Positions 12,009 through 26,317 of a stretch of DNA of 64,000 nt are shown here, in pieces. The position numbers and the translations under genes are program-made. Within the stretch, counting starts at the first letter, position 1. Every line of letters starts with the position of its first letter. This stretch comes from Octopus sinensis. Taxonomy: Eukaryota. The notes beneath the pieces are model-generated. The model made no database searches, was not told the DNA's origin, and saw only the letters and a program-made list of their open reading frames with translations. The DNA is taken from NCBI RefSeq assembly GCF_006345805.1, contig NC_043014.1, forward strand, positions 33,728,001 to 33,792,000, written 5' to 3'.

Positions 12009-12791
12009 CAATGGTTCTCAACTGGTTCTCATATGGTTCTTGGGGATCCATATAAAATTTTGTTGTTAAAATTCATTTGCAATAAATTTCGTTATATTTA
12101 TACAATACGCAAAATATTTTAACAATCTTTAAAATACAATTCTTTATATCTATCTATATATATAAAACTCTAGTTGTTTGAGTGTCTGTCCCCTTCGATT
12201 TAGATTCCTAACTCCTCCCACATTTTGCGGTGCAGTTTAACCAAATTCGGGTATCTTATAGTCGTGATTCATATCGAGCCCGTCTGAGTATTAGCGCGCG
12301 TCAACGATGAGTCTACGATTTTAAAAATAATTTAACATCATTTTTTATTCCATTTTAATGCATAATTTTTCGTGTGTCGATGGCGGCGGAGTTGGCGTCC
12401 ACGCTCACAGCTGCACCTGTTTGCTTCTCCCCCTTCTTCCTTCCCTCGTGAAGCTGTGGGGAAGGCAGTGTAAGGAAATCAACGTCGTAATGCGTTGTCA
12501 AGGAGACCAGCGTTCTTTTAGAACAACGACTTCATGGCTTGAAGACACCAAAACAGAAATGGCTAAGAAAGCCCGAATTGGCATCTATAAGGGAAGTAAC
12601 TCTCTAAAAATGCTTATATAGTTATTTCCCTTACAAACCCGAGCAACGCCGGGCGATACTGCTAGTTTAATTATAAAAAAATAACAGGATTTTTTAAAAC
12701 ATCGAATGGCTAAGAGGGTCTATCCGAGTAAAATAGGAGGTCCATCAAAAAGGGGTCCATAGTTAAAAAAAAAAAAGGCTGAGCAACACCG
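12009..12791. mobile_element. hAT-like MITE interrupted by a Helitron
   Basis: Ends caatggttctcaac...ggctgagcaacaccg resemble CAGTGGTTCTCAAC-type TIRs; internal sequence is homologous to 55167-55818. Confidence 0.6.
12153..12665 (+). mobile_element. Non-autonomous Helitron
   Basis: A|TCTATATATATAAAA start, subterminal hairpin cccgagcaacgccggg (12638-12653), CTAG|T end, no TSD; homologous to 44106-44495. Confidence 0.85.
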
Positions 12792-13080
12792 GTGTATAGG
12801 CTTGGAAACCTGGGTAGGGGTGGGCAGAAAATTCAAGGATGAGCTGCTCCGACCGGCACACACTCAGGCTATGCCACTGAGACGAGAGTTTGACGTTGAA
12901 TCAGTGGTTGGATTATGTATGTGCATGAGAGAGAGGGAGGGAGAGACAGACAGACAGACTGACAGGCAGGCCGACAGGCAAACTGATAGAGTAGCCGGGT
13001 GTCTCTGCGTGAGTGGAAAGTAATTAGTTTGGTAATTGGTAATGGTAGGATAAGTAAATGGTTGGAGGAAGTAAAGGAAG

Positions 13081-13148
<68 letters not shown>

Positions 13149-13153
13149 GGATG

Positions 13154-13219
<66 letters not shown>

Positions 13220-13238
13220 CAGACAAATAGATGGATAG

Positions 13239-13291
<53 letters not shown>

Positions 13292-13292
13292 A
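13081..13292. repeat. (AGAT)n/(AG)n microsatellite
   Basis: Visible tetranucleotide repeat. Confidence 0.95.
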
Positions 13293-13641
13293 GGACATGT
13301 ATATGTTAATGGCGGTGGGAGTTGGGAGTGGCTCACCAAGCGAGGAGAAGAAACGAAGCGTGATGGAATTGTTTGACAAGTGGAGATTGGAAAGAGTAGG
13401 AATAAAGAAGAATAATAAAAGACGGTCGTAGAGGTGGAGTGAAAGAGAGAGAGAGAGAGAGAATAATTAGAGAAATGAGGTGGAGAGTGAGTAAGATAGA
13501 CAGAATATGAGAAGGAAAAGGCGAGAAGAAAGAATGCAGAGAGTAAGAGAACATGAGGAAGGATAAGTGGGAGTTAGAGGAAATAAAACGGTAGTGGGAG
13601 TAGGAAGGGGAAGTAACTTATATGTATGTGATTTGAGAGAG

Positions 13642-13681
<40 letters not shown>

Positions 13682-14012
13682 GAAGGGAAAAGAGAATGGG
13701 AGGAGGTCCTGTGTGTATGTACATACGTATGTACTACGAGACAAGAGTAAGAGAAAGAGGAAGGGGGAGAGGGATTTTTAGTCAAAGAGGAAGAGGAAGA
13801 GAAGGTGGTTAATGCTTAAAGACAAGGGAAAAAAAGATGTATTGAGAAGCCAGTAAAAATAATCACATAAGTGAGGCGATTGCTGCTAAGTTAAGGAGCT
13901 TTGTGACGGATCTACCTTCGTGTGTGAGTTATTGGTTACATTGAGAGGAACAACAGCAATGGTAAATACAGACATTTCTCTCTCTCTCTCTATCCATCTA
14001 TCTGTCTCTCCA

Positions 14013-14095
<83 letters not shown>

Positions 14096-14097
14096 TG

Positions 14098-14147
<50 letters not shown>

Positions 14148-14155
14148 ATCTATTG

Positions 14156-14188
<33 letters not shown>

Positions 14189-14316
14189 ATCTATATCTAT
14201 ATATATATATATATATATCTATATATATATATACACACATACATTAACATATTATGCATGCATATATACATACATACATACATACATAATATATATATAG
14301 ATATATATATATATAT

Positions 14317-14350
<34 letters not shown>

Positions 14351-14551
14351 GTGCTTGGAAGAGGATGGTGACGTTCAGTCATGCATATATACCTATAGAT
14401 GTATGTGCATATACGTATGTATACATGCATATATATGATATTTTTATATTATTGTACTTATTATTATATATATATATATGTGTGTATGTATATATATAAA
14501 TATTATATATGGTGTGTGTGTGTGTGTGTGTGTACATACATATATAAATAT

Positions 14552-14622
<71 letters not shown>

Positions 14623-15762
14623 GGTAAATTAAAAGTTAAAAATGACAAAACTACAAAAGTCAAAAGGACATACAGATGGAATGAATTTGGTTGACGCTTA
14701 GTATAAGATGGCAAAAAGAGTGTGTATGTATGTATGTCTATCTGTATGTATGTATGTATGTATGCATGTATGTATGTATGTGTATGTATGTATGTATGTG
14801 GTATGTATGTATGTATGTATGTATGTATGTATGTATGTATGTATGTATGTATGTATGTGTATACGCATTCGGTTGTAAAGTTATGTAAATGATTCAGGAG
14901 CCGAAAGTTTCGTCATTGTGCTTATCAAATAGATACATATATATGTGCACAGACACACAAACAGACACACACGCACATTCATACACACACACATACACAC
15001 ACATACATACACATACACACACACACATATACATGCATATATACCTATGTGTGTATCTATATGTATATATGTATGTATACACATGCATTCATTAGGATGT
15101 CAGTATATATATTGTGTGTGTTTGTGTGTGTGTGTATGTATGTGTTTGTGTGTGTGTGTTTGAGTAAGTGTGTGTGTGTGTGTGTGTGTGTGTCTGTGTG
15201 TCTGTGTGTCTGTGTATTTATAACACTCCCACAAGGGAACGCACACCACGACAGAGACTCATTCTAATTTCAAATCCCGTCGAGGACAACTTTTGTTTCT
15301 ATTCCTCCGGGGGCGAAAAGCTATAGTTACAATCAAGTACTAGGATCGGTGTTATCATCCAAGCCATGCTCCCTAATGTTGCTGGCTTTGTACCTAAATA
15401 AGAAGCAATTATCTTTATTATTATAATTATTATCCTCATCATTCATCCATATTTTAATAATTTGTGTTCCGCTAAGTTTGACTTTGCCTTATGTGTTTCT
15501 CGAGTCAATAAAATAAGTACCAGTTAAGTACTGGGGGTGTGCCCCATCCCCTCGAAATTGCTGACCTTGTGCCAAATCTAGAAAAGATTATTTAGCGTAA
15601 TTGCGTCCGTCTTTACGTTCTGGGTTCGAGTTCTGCCAAGGTCGATTTTGCTTTTCCTCCTTTCGAGGTCGGTAGAATACGTCGTACCAGGTGAGCCCTA
15701 CAGGTTGACGTAGTCGACTATCACCCCACTCCAAAGTATTAGGTTTTGTGCCTTTAGCTGAA

Positions 15763-15794
15763 ATTATTATTATTATTATTATTACTATTATTAC

Positions 15795-15875
<81 letters not shown>

Positions 15876-15959
15876 TATTATTATTATTATTATTATTATC
15901 ATCATCATCATCATCATCATCATCGTCATCATCATCGTCATCATCGTCGTCATCAACAA

Positions 15960-16003
<44 letters not shown>

Positions 16004-16030
16004 GTAGTAGTAGTAGTAGTAGAAGTAGTA
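15763..16030. repeat. Compound (ATT)n-(ATC)n-(AGT)n microsatellite
   Basis: Visible repeat; source of poly-Ile/poly-Met pseudo-ORFs. Confidence 0.95.
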
Positions 16031-16797
16031 TGTCTAAGAATGTGGGGGTGGTTTCTGCATACATTTTCCCAACTACCGTGTTCATTATATGAATGAACCC
16101 TATAATGTCGAAACCCTGTAAAGAAACGAAGAACAAAATTAACACCTGCAGGATTTTAACTCTTAAGGTAAATGATGAAACTATATAACACAAGGCATTC
16201 TAAACCAGTTCCTCTTCATTTTATGTCACAACTTCTCTCAGCAATCTCAGACAGGAGTATTGAACTATCTCTATCGCTCTGTCGCTTTCTCTCTCACACA
16301 TTCACACACGCACGCACATATATACAAGCATACATACATTCATGAATGTATGCATATATGTGTATGTATGTGTATATGTATGTAGTTATGTATATGTAAT
16401 TCTTTTGGGTTACCTTCCGTTTCCTTCATCAATTATATATATATTAAACTTTTAATATTTGGATATATAAAAAAAAATTTTTTTAATAAATAAATAAATT
16501 AATTAATTAATTAATTAATTAATAATTAAAATAATATAAATATAAAAAATATATAATACATATATATATATATATTTGTATATATATATAAAATTTTAAG
16601 TTTAAATTTTTAAATTATTTTTTATTTTAATTTTATATTTTAAATTAATTTTATGTATTGGCTTATGTTTTTCATGTGATTCCTAATAGTGGTTTTTATC
16701 TCTAATTTAATATAATATAATATAATATATTTATACTATATAATTGGATTTAATCCTAAATCTCATTTTTCCTGTAAGTTTGGATTCATTCCCTAAT

Positions 16798-16851
<54 letters not shown>

Positions 16852-17016
16852 TAAACAGTAAAAATAATTACAGACATGGACAAGAACATGAAACACCACA
16901 GAGACGACACAAGAACCACAGGACGGGACATTCGAAGCCCTCAGTCATCAGTCAAGAACCAGATCATCTTAGCAATTTCGGCTGATTAATCTTGAGATTG
17001 CTATATTATATATATA

Positions 17017-17047
<31 letters not shown>

Positions 17048-17379
17048 AAACTTACTTGGAAAAGATGCGTGGCGTTCGATCATATAATAATATAAATATT
17101 ATATAAATATATGGATGTATACATATATATATGTACATACCTACATATATATGTATGTATACATGCATATATGGGTACAGGGCATCAAAAAACGTTGAAC
17201 ACAATGAGAAACGAAAACATAAAAACGAAAACATAGAAAACGAACTTTATGAATACGTTTATGTATGTACATGTGCATATAAATATTTGTATGAGTATAA
17301 TATACATGTATATGTACGTACATATATATATATATGTGTGTGTGTATTCATATTTATATATGCATATATATATATAAGG

Positions 17380-17392
17380 TATGTATGTATGC

Positions 17393-17429
<37 letters not shown>

Positions 17430-17835
17430 TGTATGTATGTATGTATGTATGTATGTGTGTATGTGTGTATGTGTGTATGTATGTATGCATGCATGTGTGC
17501 ATGTATGTATGTATGTATGTATGTATGTAGTATGTATGTATGTATGTGTGTGTGTATGTGTGTATGTGTGTATGTATGTATGTATGTGTGTGTGTATGTG
17601 TGTATGTGTGTATGTATGTATGTATGTATGTGTGTGTGTGTATGTATGTACGTACGTACGTACGTATGTATGTATGTATGTATGTATGTATGTATGTATG
17701 TATGTATGTATGTATGTATGTGTGTGTGTGTGTATGTGTGTATGGTATGTATGTATGTATGTATGTGTGTGTGTGTATGTATGTACGTACTTACGTACGT
17801 ATGTATGTATGTATGTACGTATGTATGTGTATGTA
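17380..17835. repeat. (TATG)n/(TG)n compound microsatellite
   Basis: Visible repeat. Confidence 0.95.
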
Positions 17836-18573
17836 TTTGGCTGAATCGTGAGAACATCAGAAAAAAGTGATTAGCGGCATTTCTAACTCTTTACGTTCCG
17901 AGTTCCAATTCTGCTGATGTTGGCTTTAGCGTTCATCCCTCCCACTATCGACACAAAATAAGTACTTGTTGGGCCCTGGGGTCGATGGTACCGGCCGACC
18001 CACTCCCTCTAAAACGGCTGGCCTTCTGCCAAATTTTGAAAAAATTATTGTAATGACAACGACGATGCCGAATTTGTAGAATATCGGATAGAAACAGAAA
18101 AAACTTCACGATATTTCTCTCAAATCCCTCAAGACTTCGCCTTTCGACCTTCAGGCTCAGTAAAATAAAGCAGCCGTCAAAAAATGGGGCCTCTAAAATT
18201 TCAGGCCTTGCGCCTGTAGTACAAAGAATTATTATCGTTGTTGTGTTGTTGTTATCATTATATACGTTATTCTATACATATATTTATATATTGATAAAAA
18301 CGGTAAGACAACAAAAGAAAGAAAGAGACCTCGATATTATGTAAATAGAGGAATTTATCTGTAAACGTAATATGTGACAATTATTCGGTAGCCATGATAA
18401 AACTCCGAGTTTCGGATGCCGAGGTGAAAATCCACGCCGCCATCACTTTAGTTATCCGGCCATCGGAAAAATGCTATGAAAAATATTTTTCATAATAATT
18501 GTCACATATTGCATTTACAGATATATATTTATGTATATATATATATATAAATATATATATATGTGTGTGTGTG

Positions 18574-18641
<68 letters not shown>

Positions 18642-19179
18642 GTGTGTGTGTGTGTGTGTTTGTGTTGTAAATGTCATATTGTCTCTCATACTGCGAGTAT
18701 TTTATGCATCTTATATATACCATATTTCACATAATGTATTCTCAATCTAATGATGATGTACAAATACCTAGCGGCGTTTCGTCAGTCTTTACATTCTGAG
18801 TCTAAATTCCGCTGAGATCGAATATGTCTTTCGTCCCGTCGAAACCGATAAAATAAGTACCAGGGGTCTTATTTTATCTGAAGTCGATGTAATCGTATGA
18901 CTACCACTCACGAAAATGCTATTATACTCTATACAATATTATCCATCTGCCGCTTTCTTTACTATAAATATACATGCATTCATACATACATATATGTGTT
19001 TGCCTGTATGTGTGGATGGGTGTATGTATGTATGCTTGTACGTGTTATGGTACAGATGTATGTATAGATATGTAATATATATTTATATATACACGTATAT
19101 GTGCATACCACACATATTTCTATAGACAGATATATGATATTATCTATGATATAATATATATTAATATATATATATATGG

Positions 19180-19279
19180 NNNNNNNNNNNNNNNNNNNNN
19201 NNNNNNNNNNNNNNNNNNNNNNNNNNNNNNNNNNNNNNNNNNNNNNNNNNNNNNNNNNNNNNNNNNNNNNNNNNNNNNN
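19180..19279. other. Assembly gap (100 N)
   Basis: Run of exactly 100 N, probably a placeholder of unknown true size. Confidence 1.
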
Positions 19280-19324
19280 TCCCACCGAGCTTGCTGACCT
19301 TCCGTGAAAATTTGAAATCAATAC

Positions 19325-19740
19325 TGTGTGGTAAGTAGCTTGCTTACCAACCACATGGTTCCGGGTTCAATACCACTGCGTGGCACCTTGGGCAAGTGTC
19401 TTCTACTATAGCCTCGGGCCAACCAAAGCCTTGTGAGTGGATTTGGTAGACGGGAACAGAAAGAAGACCGTCGTATATATGTGTATATATATATATATAT
19501 ATAAAATTGTGTGTGTGTATGTGTGTGTGTGTGTGTGTGGTGTGTGTGTGTGTTTGTTTGTTTGTGTTTGTCCCCCCAACATCGCTTGACAACCGATGCT
19601 GGTGTGTTTAGCGGTTCGGCATAAGATACCGATAGAATAAGTACTAGGCTTACAAAGAATAAGTCCTGGGGTCGATTTGCTCGACTAAAGGCTGTGCTCC
19701 AGCATGGCCACAATCAAATGACTGAAACAAGTAAAAGAGT
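19325..19740 (+). mobile_element. SINE family A
   Basis: Near-identical to 3470-3850. Confidence 0.85.
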
Positions 19741-20036
19741 ATCTCAACCATATTGGAAATGTCTTAGCATTTCCACATCGTTGTCCGATATTTTTTTCTC
19801 GATAGCTTTGACATACAGGTCACAGCAGTGAAAAAAATGGTTGAGTAATAAAACAATGTGCAATGAATTAACATTAAAATTAAACAACCAAACAAAAAAC
19901 GGTAATTGTCGTTATAAGAGCAATGACATTCAAAATGTATCGAAAATTTGTATCAGCTGTTTAGATTTACTTCAGCATGTTTAGAAGTCCAACATTCTTA
20001 TTGACATAACATTCTTCGTGGAAACACACACACGTG

Positions 20037-21200
20037 CGAGGGTTCTTCCGAGAATAATTCGAAAGAAAGCACAACTTTTTATTAACTGATAAGGGTCGTT
20101 CAAATTGTTCATATTAATTAAGTAAATCTTCCTTTATACAAACGCACTACTCAACACAGTCTCCGTAACAAACGATACATTTGTGCCATCGCGGAATCCA
20201 ACTCTCGAGTTATCTTTGAAAAAGTTCAGATATGCACTTTGGTAACCACATCTTCAAAGCGACTTTCATCTTGTCTGTCTCATCAAATCATTGTCTATGA
20301 AGACTTTCCGTTACTGGACCAAGCAAGTGCAAATCTGGAGGTACCAAATCCAGACTGTGCTATGGATGGAAGACCACTGACCAGCACAATTTACCGATGC
20401 CTTATTTGTTTCCTACTACTACTACTACTAAACTACTACTTCTATTAATACTACTACTACATTGTCACGGTTAATGCGGATCACTCCTAGATCCTACTTC
20501 TCTTCCTTCTGATGGCTTCTCTAAGCGTTTTGTGTGTCACAGTATACTGTTCGTCATTCATAGTACAGCTACGTTCCAAAAGTTGAAAGAAAATGCCTCC
20601 TTTGTTATTCCCAAGCACAGAGTCATCATGATTTTCTGTGCATATCACCGGCTCTTGAACTTCTTAAACTTAAGAAAAGAGCTCTGACGCCATTCTATGA
20701 ACTAGACTTCTTTACCGGATCATAAAAGCGCGCCCACGTTTCACTCCCATTTCATCAGATCGGTACTGAAACGTGTTTTCATTAGCTTCAAATGCTTCCA
20801 TCAGATCAGAGCAGACATCTGCACCTCTCTCCTTCAAACTGGGTGCCAGCTGTCGAAGTATCCAATCCTCAAAATCTTCCACCACCTACTGTAATGCGCT
20901 GTGACAATAGACAAGTTGTGCAGCAGGCCCATGGGTCGTGATTCGTCTGTCTGCGTAAATTATTTCGTCCACTCGCTGGCTGGTGATTCGTGTCGGTGGT
21001 CTTAGATGATGGACTCCTACTGCATATTTTCTCATCCGCTTCTTCTTCGTCTATCTGTGCACATTGTTTTCTCAATGATGTCATCTCCAAATATAGCCTT
21101 GGAGCCTTTTGTGAACGCTGCACAGTCTAAACTACTTCCTTCACCGAGAATGCAGTGACAGCACGTTGTTTCAATTTAAAACCCATCATTTGCCTGCAGT
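20037..21200 (-). pseudogene. Highly decayed mariner-type transposase/element
   Basis: Minus-strand translations give LKQRAVTAF (N-terminus), CWSVVFHP*HSLDLVPPDLHLLGP (resembles WEVLPHPPYSPDLAPSDFHLFGP) and SWIPRWHKCI (C-terminus); cgagggttcttccgagaataa at 20037 resembles a mariner TIR. Confidence 0.7.
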
Positions 21201-21346
21201 GAAGAATGGAGAGGAGATTTTTTACAGAGGAGTTTGCTCTATCATGAGCAAATTTAACGACCTTCACCATTTAGTAAAAAAAAAAATGATGTCCACCTTC
21301 GCATTGCTTTTGTATATGTGTGTATGTGTGTGTGTGTGTGTAGGTC

Positions 21347-21400
<54 letters not shown>

Positions 21401-21578
21401 CACACTTACATACATATATGTCACTCTACCAACACACAATACACACAACACGACACACACACACACATACACACACACACACAAACACATACATACATGC
21501 ACATACACTCATACATACATATACATACACACACTCACACATGCATACACACTCATCATACATACATACATACATACA

Positions 21579-21615
<37 letters not shown>

Positions 21616-21869
21616 CATACACACACACACACACATATATAAAGAAAATGAAAGAGGAAGAGAAAGAAGCAGACAGATACAGACAGACGCATACAGATTG
21701 ACAGAGACAAACACACACACACACGTACAGGCAAACAGATGCAGGCAGATTGACAGACAGACAGACAGACCAAGAAACTTAATCTTTGTCTTACATGGTA
21801 CAGCAACTATTCGATGTTGTAATCCTTTAAGCAAGTTAGTTGTCGGTACATCGTGACAAAACTCATTCC

Positions 21870-22072
21870 GTCTTTTACTTGTTTCAGTCATTTGACTGTG
21901 GCCATGCTGGAGCACCGCCTCTAGTCGAGCAAATCGACCCCAGGACTTATTCTTTGTAAGCCTAGTACTTATTCTATCGGTATCTTATGCCGAACTGCTA
22001 AGTTACGGGGACTTAAACACACCAGCATCGGTTGTCAAGCGATGTTGGGGGGACTAACATACACAAACATAT

Positions 22073-22117
<45 letters not shown>

Positions 22118-22510
22118 TACGATGGGTTTCTTTCAGTTTCCGTCTACCAAATCCACTCACAAGGCTTTGGTCGGCCCGAGGCTATAGTAGAAGATACTTG
22201 CCCAAGGTTCTATCGGTATCTTATGCCGAACTGCTAAGTTACGGGGACTTAAACACACCAGTATCGGTTGTCAAGCGATGTTGGGGGGACTAACACAGAC
22301 ACACAAACATATACACACACATATATATATATATACACACATATATACGTTGAGTTTCTTTCAGTTTCCGTCTACCAAATCCACTCACAAGGCTTTGGTC
22401 GGCCCGAGGCTATAGTAGAAGATACTTGCCCAAGGTTCCACGCAGTGGGACTGAACCCGGAACCATGTGGTTGGTAAGCAAGCTACTTACCACACAACCA
22501 CTCCTGCGTC
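21870..22510 (-). mobile_element. SINE family A with an internal tandem duplication
   Basis: About 21972-22208 is repeated at about 22209-22437. Confidence 0.85.
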
Positions 22511-22836
22511 TTCCCTCATCTTCATACTGCTGCCGTGCATGCACCGCTTATCGTGAAGCAAGGATTTCTAAAAGTTAGCCATAATAGTAGCTAGACCAGG
22601 AAGTCCTCCGGAAACGATTCCCCCTATGAACCATCGCCGACGCCCAGAGAAACCCTTAAGCAATTGTAATAATACTGAACATCTGTTACCCTCATTGGAA
22701 CAAAATGAGAGCTGTTACATATTATGTTACAGTATTAGTAACAGGTGAATGAAACGCATGCGTGCTAGAGTTTTGATGTTCCGTTAGAGAGAATAAACTT
22801 CACTAGGAGACACCCATTGTTCTTAGTGTTCACTCC

Positions 22837-22869
<33 letters not shown>

Positions 22870-23300
22870 CATACATACATATATAATTATATATCTACAC
22901 GCACACATAAACGTGCATAGTCACATGTTAGCAGGCAAACATATGCATGTACACAGGCAGAGGGATGGCTGTGTAGTAAGAAGCTTGCTTACCAACCACA
23001 TGGTTCTGGGTTTAGCCCCACTGTGTGGCACCTTGGGCAAGTGTCTTGTACTACAGCCTCGGGCCGACCGAACCCTTCTGAGTGGACTTGATAGTCGGAA
23101 ACTGAAAGAAGCCCGTCGTGTATATATATTAATATATATATATATATATATATATATCTATATATATATATATATATATATGCATATACATATATATTTA
23201 CTGTATATATATATATATATATTAATATATATATATATATACATATATATACTGCTTATATATGCTGTGTGTGTATATATAATATATATTATATATATTA

Positions 23301-23346
<46 letters not shown>

Positions 23347-23381
23347 CTTTATGTATGTATATTATATATTCATATATATAC

Positions 23382-23427
<46 letters not shown>

Positions 23428-24457
23428 GTATCTTATGTTATTTCTTTACTGCCCACTAGGGGCTACACACAGAGGGGACAAACAAGGACAGACAAACGGA
23501 TTAAGTTGATTATATCGACCCCATTGCGTAACTAACTGGTACTGAGTTCAAATTCCGCTGAGGTCGACGTTGCTTTTCATCCTTTCGGGGTCGATAACTT
23601 AAGTACCAGTTGCGTACTGGGGTCGGTGTAATCGACTTTCCCTCTCCCCATAAATTTCGGGCCTTGTGCATGGAGTAGAACAGAATATACAAAGCAGCAT
23701 TTTTTAATGAGATCTTTTCAATACCTTCTTTACCATCCATCAAAATTTAAGGTCTTGTATCTCTATTGAAAGTAATTGGCATTTTACATGTTTCAGTTAT
23801 TTTGACTGCGGCCATGCTGGAGCACCGCCTTTAGCCGAACAAATCTTTTCCAAGACTAATTCTTCGTAAGCCTAGTACTTATTCTATCAGTTTCTGTTAC
23901 CGAACCGCTAGATTACGGGGACGTAAACACGCCAGTATCAGTTGTCAAGCGATGATGGGTGGGGGACAAACACAGACACACAAACACACACACACACACC
24001 ATATTATTATATATATATATATATTATATATATTTATAAAAGAATACAAAAATGGGACAAGAACGTAAAACATCCAGACAGATGATACAAAAAAGGGACA
24101 AGGAAAAACAAGGATGTGTCATTCGGAGTTTTCTTTCGTCAGTCGAGTTCCAGATTAGATTTGCAGTTTCGGCTGGTTATACTCGACACTGCTCCAATCT
24201 GGCCAACCCCAAGGAAAATCTAAGCTAAGAACACTAGATTACTTGGAAGAAAGCAGCGAATGCATACGAAAACAAGGACGGGGGGGGGGAGAAATGGTAC
24301 ACAAATACACGTGTGTGTGTGTGTGTGATATATGTATGTATGTATTTATGCATGTATGCATGTATGCATGTATGCATGTATGTATGTAGGTAGTTATGTA
24401 TGTATGTATGTATGTATGTATGTATGTATGTATGTATGTATGTATGTATATGTCTAT

Positions 24458-24727
24458 CTAAAAGAGAATGAGTGGAACAGCTAAAGCGCAGACTACAATC
24501 GTTTCATAGCAAGCTGAAGTCAGTTAAGTAAGTAGTTACGAACACAAAGAAGCTTAGCTAATCTTCAGGTTTTCTTACCTCAACGTTATTTGTCAATGTA
24601 AACATCGTTGCGATAACAAAGATTAGCTAATCTGCCTTGTGTTTTTCCTACTTACGTAACTGATTACAATTTGCTAAAGAAACAATTGTAGTCTGTGCTT
24701 TATCTGTTTCCCGTTTTATCTTTTGGA
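24458..24727. mobile_element. Old palindromic MITE-like fold-back element
   Basis: aacagctaaagcgcagactacaatcgtttc...taagtaagtag (24477-24536) is an imperfect reverse complement of 24649-24709. Confidence 0.65.
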
Positions 24728-25533
24728 TTTTTATTTTCATTTTAACAGCAATAGTTGCTAAACCGTGAGATGTGTGGTGACAGTCAGCTTATCGAAATTC
24801 CTTTTAACTTCCATATAGGAAGAAGTGTATAACTTACGACATTCATATTTTTTTCGTATACTGTTCACTTTTTGTCACCTGTACTAGCCGCGTAAATGTT
24901 TGAAGCGCACTAACTTCCTACACTTCGATCCTTGGAGCGTACTTGTTGTTTATATGTTTATATCTGTATACATATATATATATAATATAGGAATACATAT
25001 GTATTTATGTATGTGTATATAAATTTATGTATGTATATATATATATATATATATATACACATACATACATACATACATACATACATACATACATACACGC
25101 ATATACGCACACACACATACACACACATACATTCATATATACATATGCTTATATATGCGTGTGACATATATATATATATATATATACATACATATATAAA
25201 ATTAAATAAGAGATTTGCTTGTCCATATACGTAAATATTAACAAGTGAAACCAATGGTACATAGGTAATCGTTTTTTTATTTCGTATATTTTCACTTGCC
25301 TTGCTTATTTTTACATTTTGGTTTACTGCTGAGATTTTTCTTGAGAACACATTCTTCGTGGTAATGGCGAATTGACGTCTATGTTTAGCATATAGGCTGT
25401 TATTGGTCAGTCCTCTAAATTTTGTATATATATATATATATATATTATATGTAGAAAAATACAAACTGGGACAAGAACGTAAAACATTTAGAAGACGATA
25501 CAAAAAGCACGGATGGGACATTCGAAGCCTTCA

Positions 25534-25632
<99 letters not shown>

Positions 25633-26048
25633 TGGAGAGAGGGGAAAGGGAAATAGAATTCTATGTCAGTACATACGAAGATTAAGTAGGAAGTCTTTAA
25701 TAATAGCAAGAAATTAATAAATGAATGAATGAATGAATGAATATATAAATGATTCAACACACAGATGTAGCACACATGAAATAGATTTTAAAAATCAGTT
25801 GTAATTTCATTCCCTGGTCCTTTGTTGCCTCTAGCAAAACGCAGCAACAACATTCTACTGCTTTCTTTCTATTCACGGGATGAAGGCGAGATCTTGAAGC
25901 ATCAATGGACATGCAAACGTTATTGTTTGAAATTAAGCAGATCAAACAAAGGCCTTATGCATAAAAAGCAAAAATCAGAAATTATTTAAATACAAGTGGC
26001 TAAAACCAAAGGTATTTGTATCTCTTATAGAACACGTTTGGAACATAT

Positions 26049-26145
<97 letters not shown>

Positions 26146-26283
26146 CGTAGAGGTGTGTGTGGGTGATGAATGGCGAATTCAAGATAAAAAAAACAACAAC
26201 AACCGAAGTCAAACGGACGTACACAGCAAATATATCAATTTGACGCTCGGCGATAGCTTTAGATGGAAAATTGAAAGTAAAAA

Positions 26284-26317
26284 TCTGACGTTTCGAGCAT
26301 GACTCTTCGTCGAGTAG
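26284..26317 (-). ncRNA. Degenerate minimal hammerhead ribozyme remnant
   Basis: Minus strand: cUCGACGA-a-GAG-ucaug-CUC-GAAA-CG-UC-aga. Stem II, GAAA and palindromic ACGU+C are intact; the 5' core is altered (UCGACGA for CUGACGA) and stem I is weak. Confidence 0.5.

Noticed and set aside
24140-24250. HDV-like ribozyme fold on the minus strand
   Set aside because: P4 and C-(U/A)AA-like elements are present, but the P3/P1 spacing does not fit and a simple hairpin explains the pairing.
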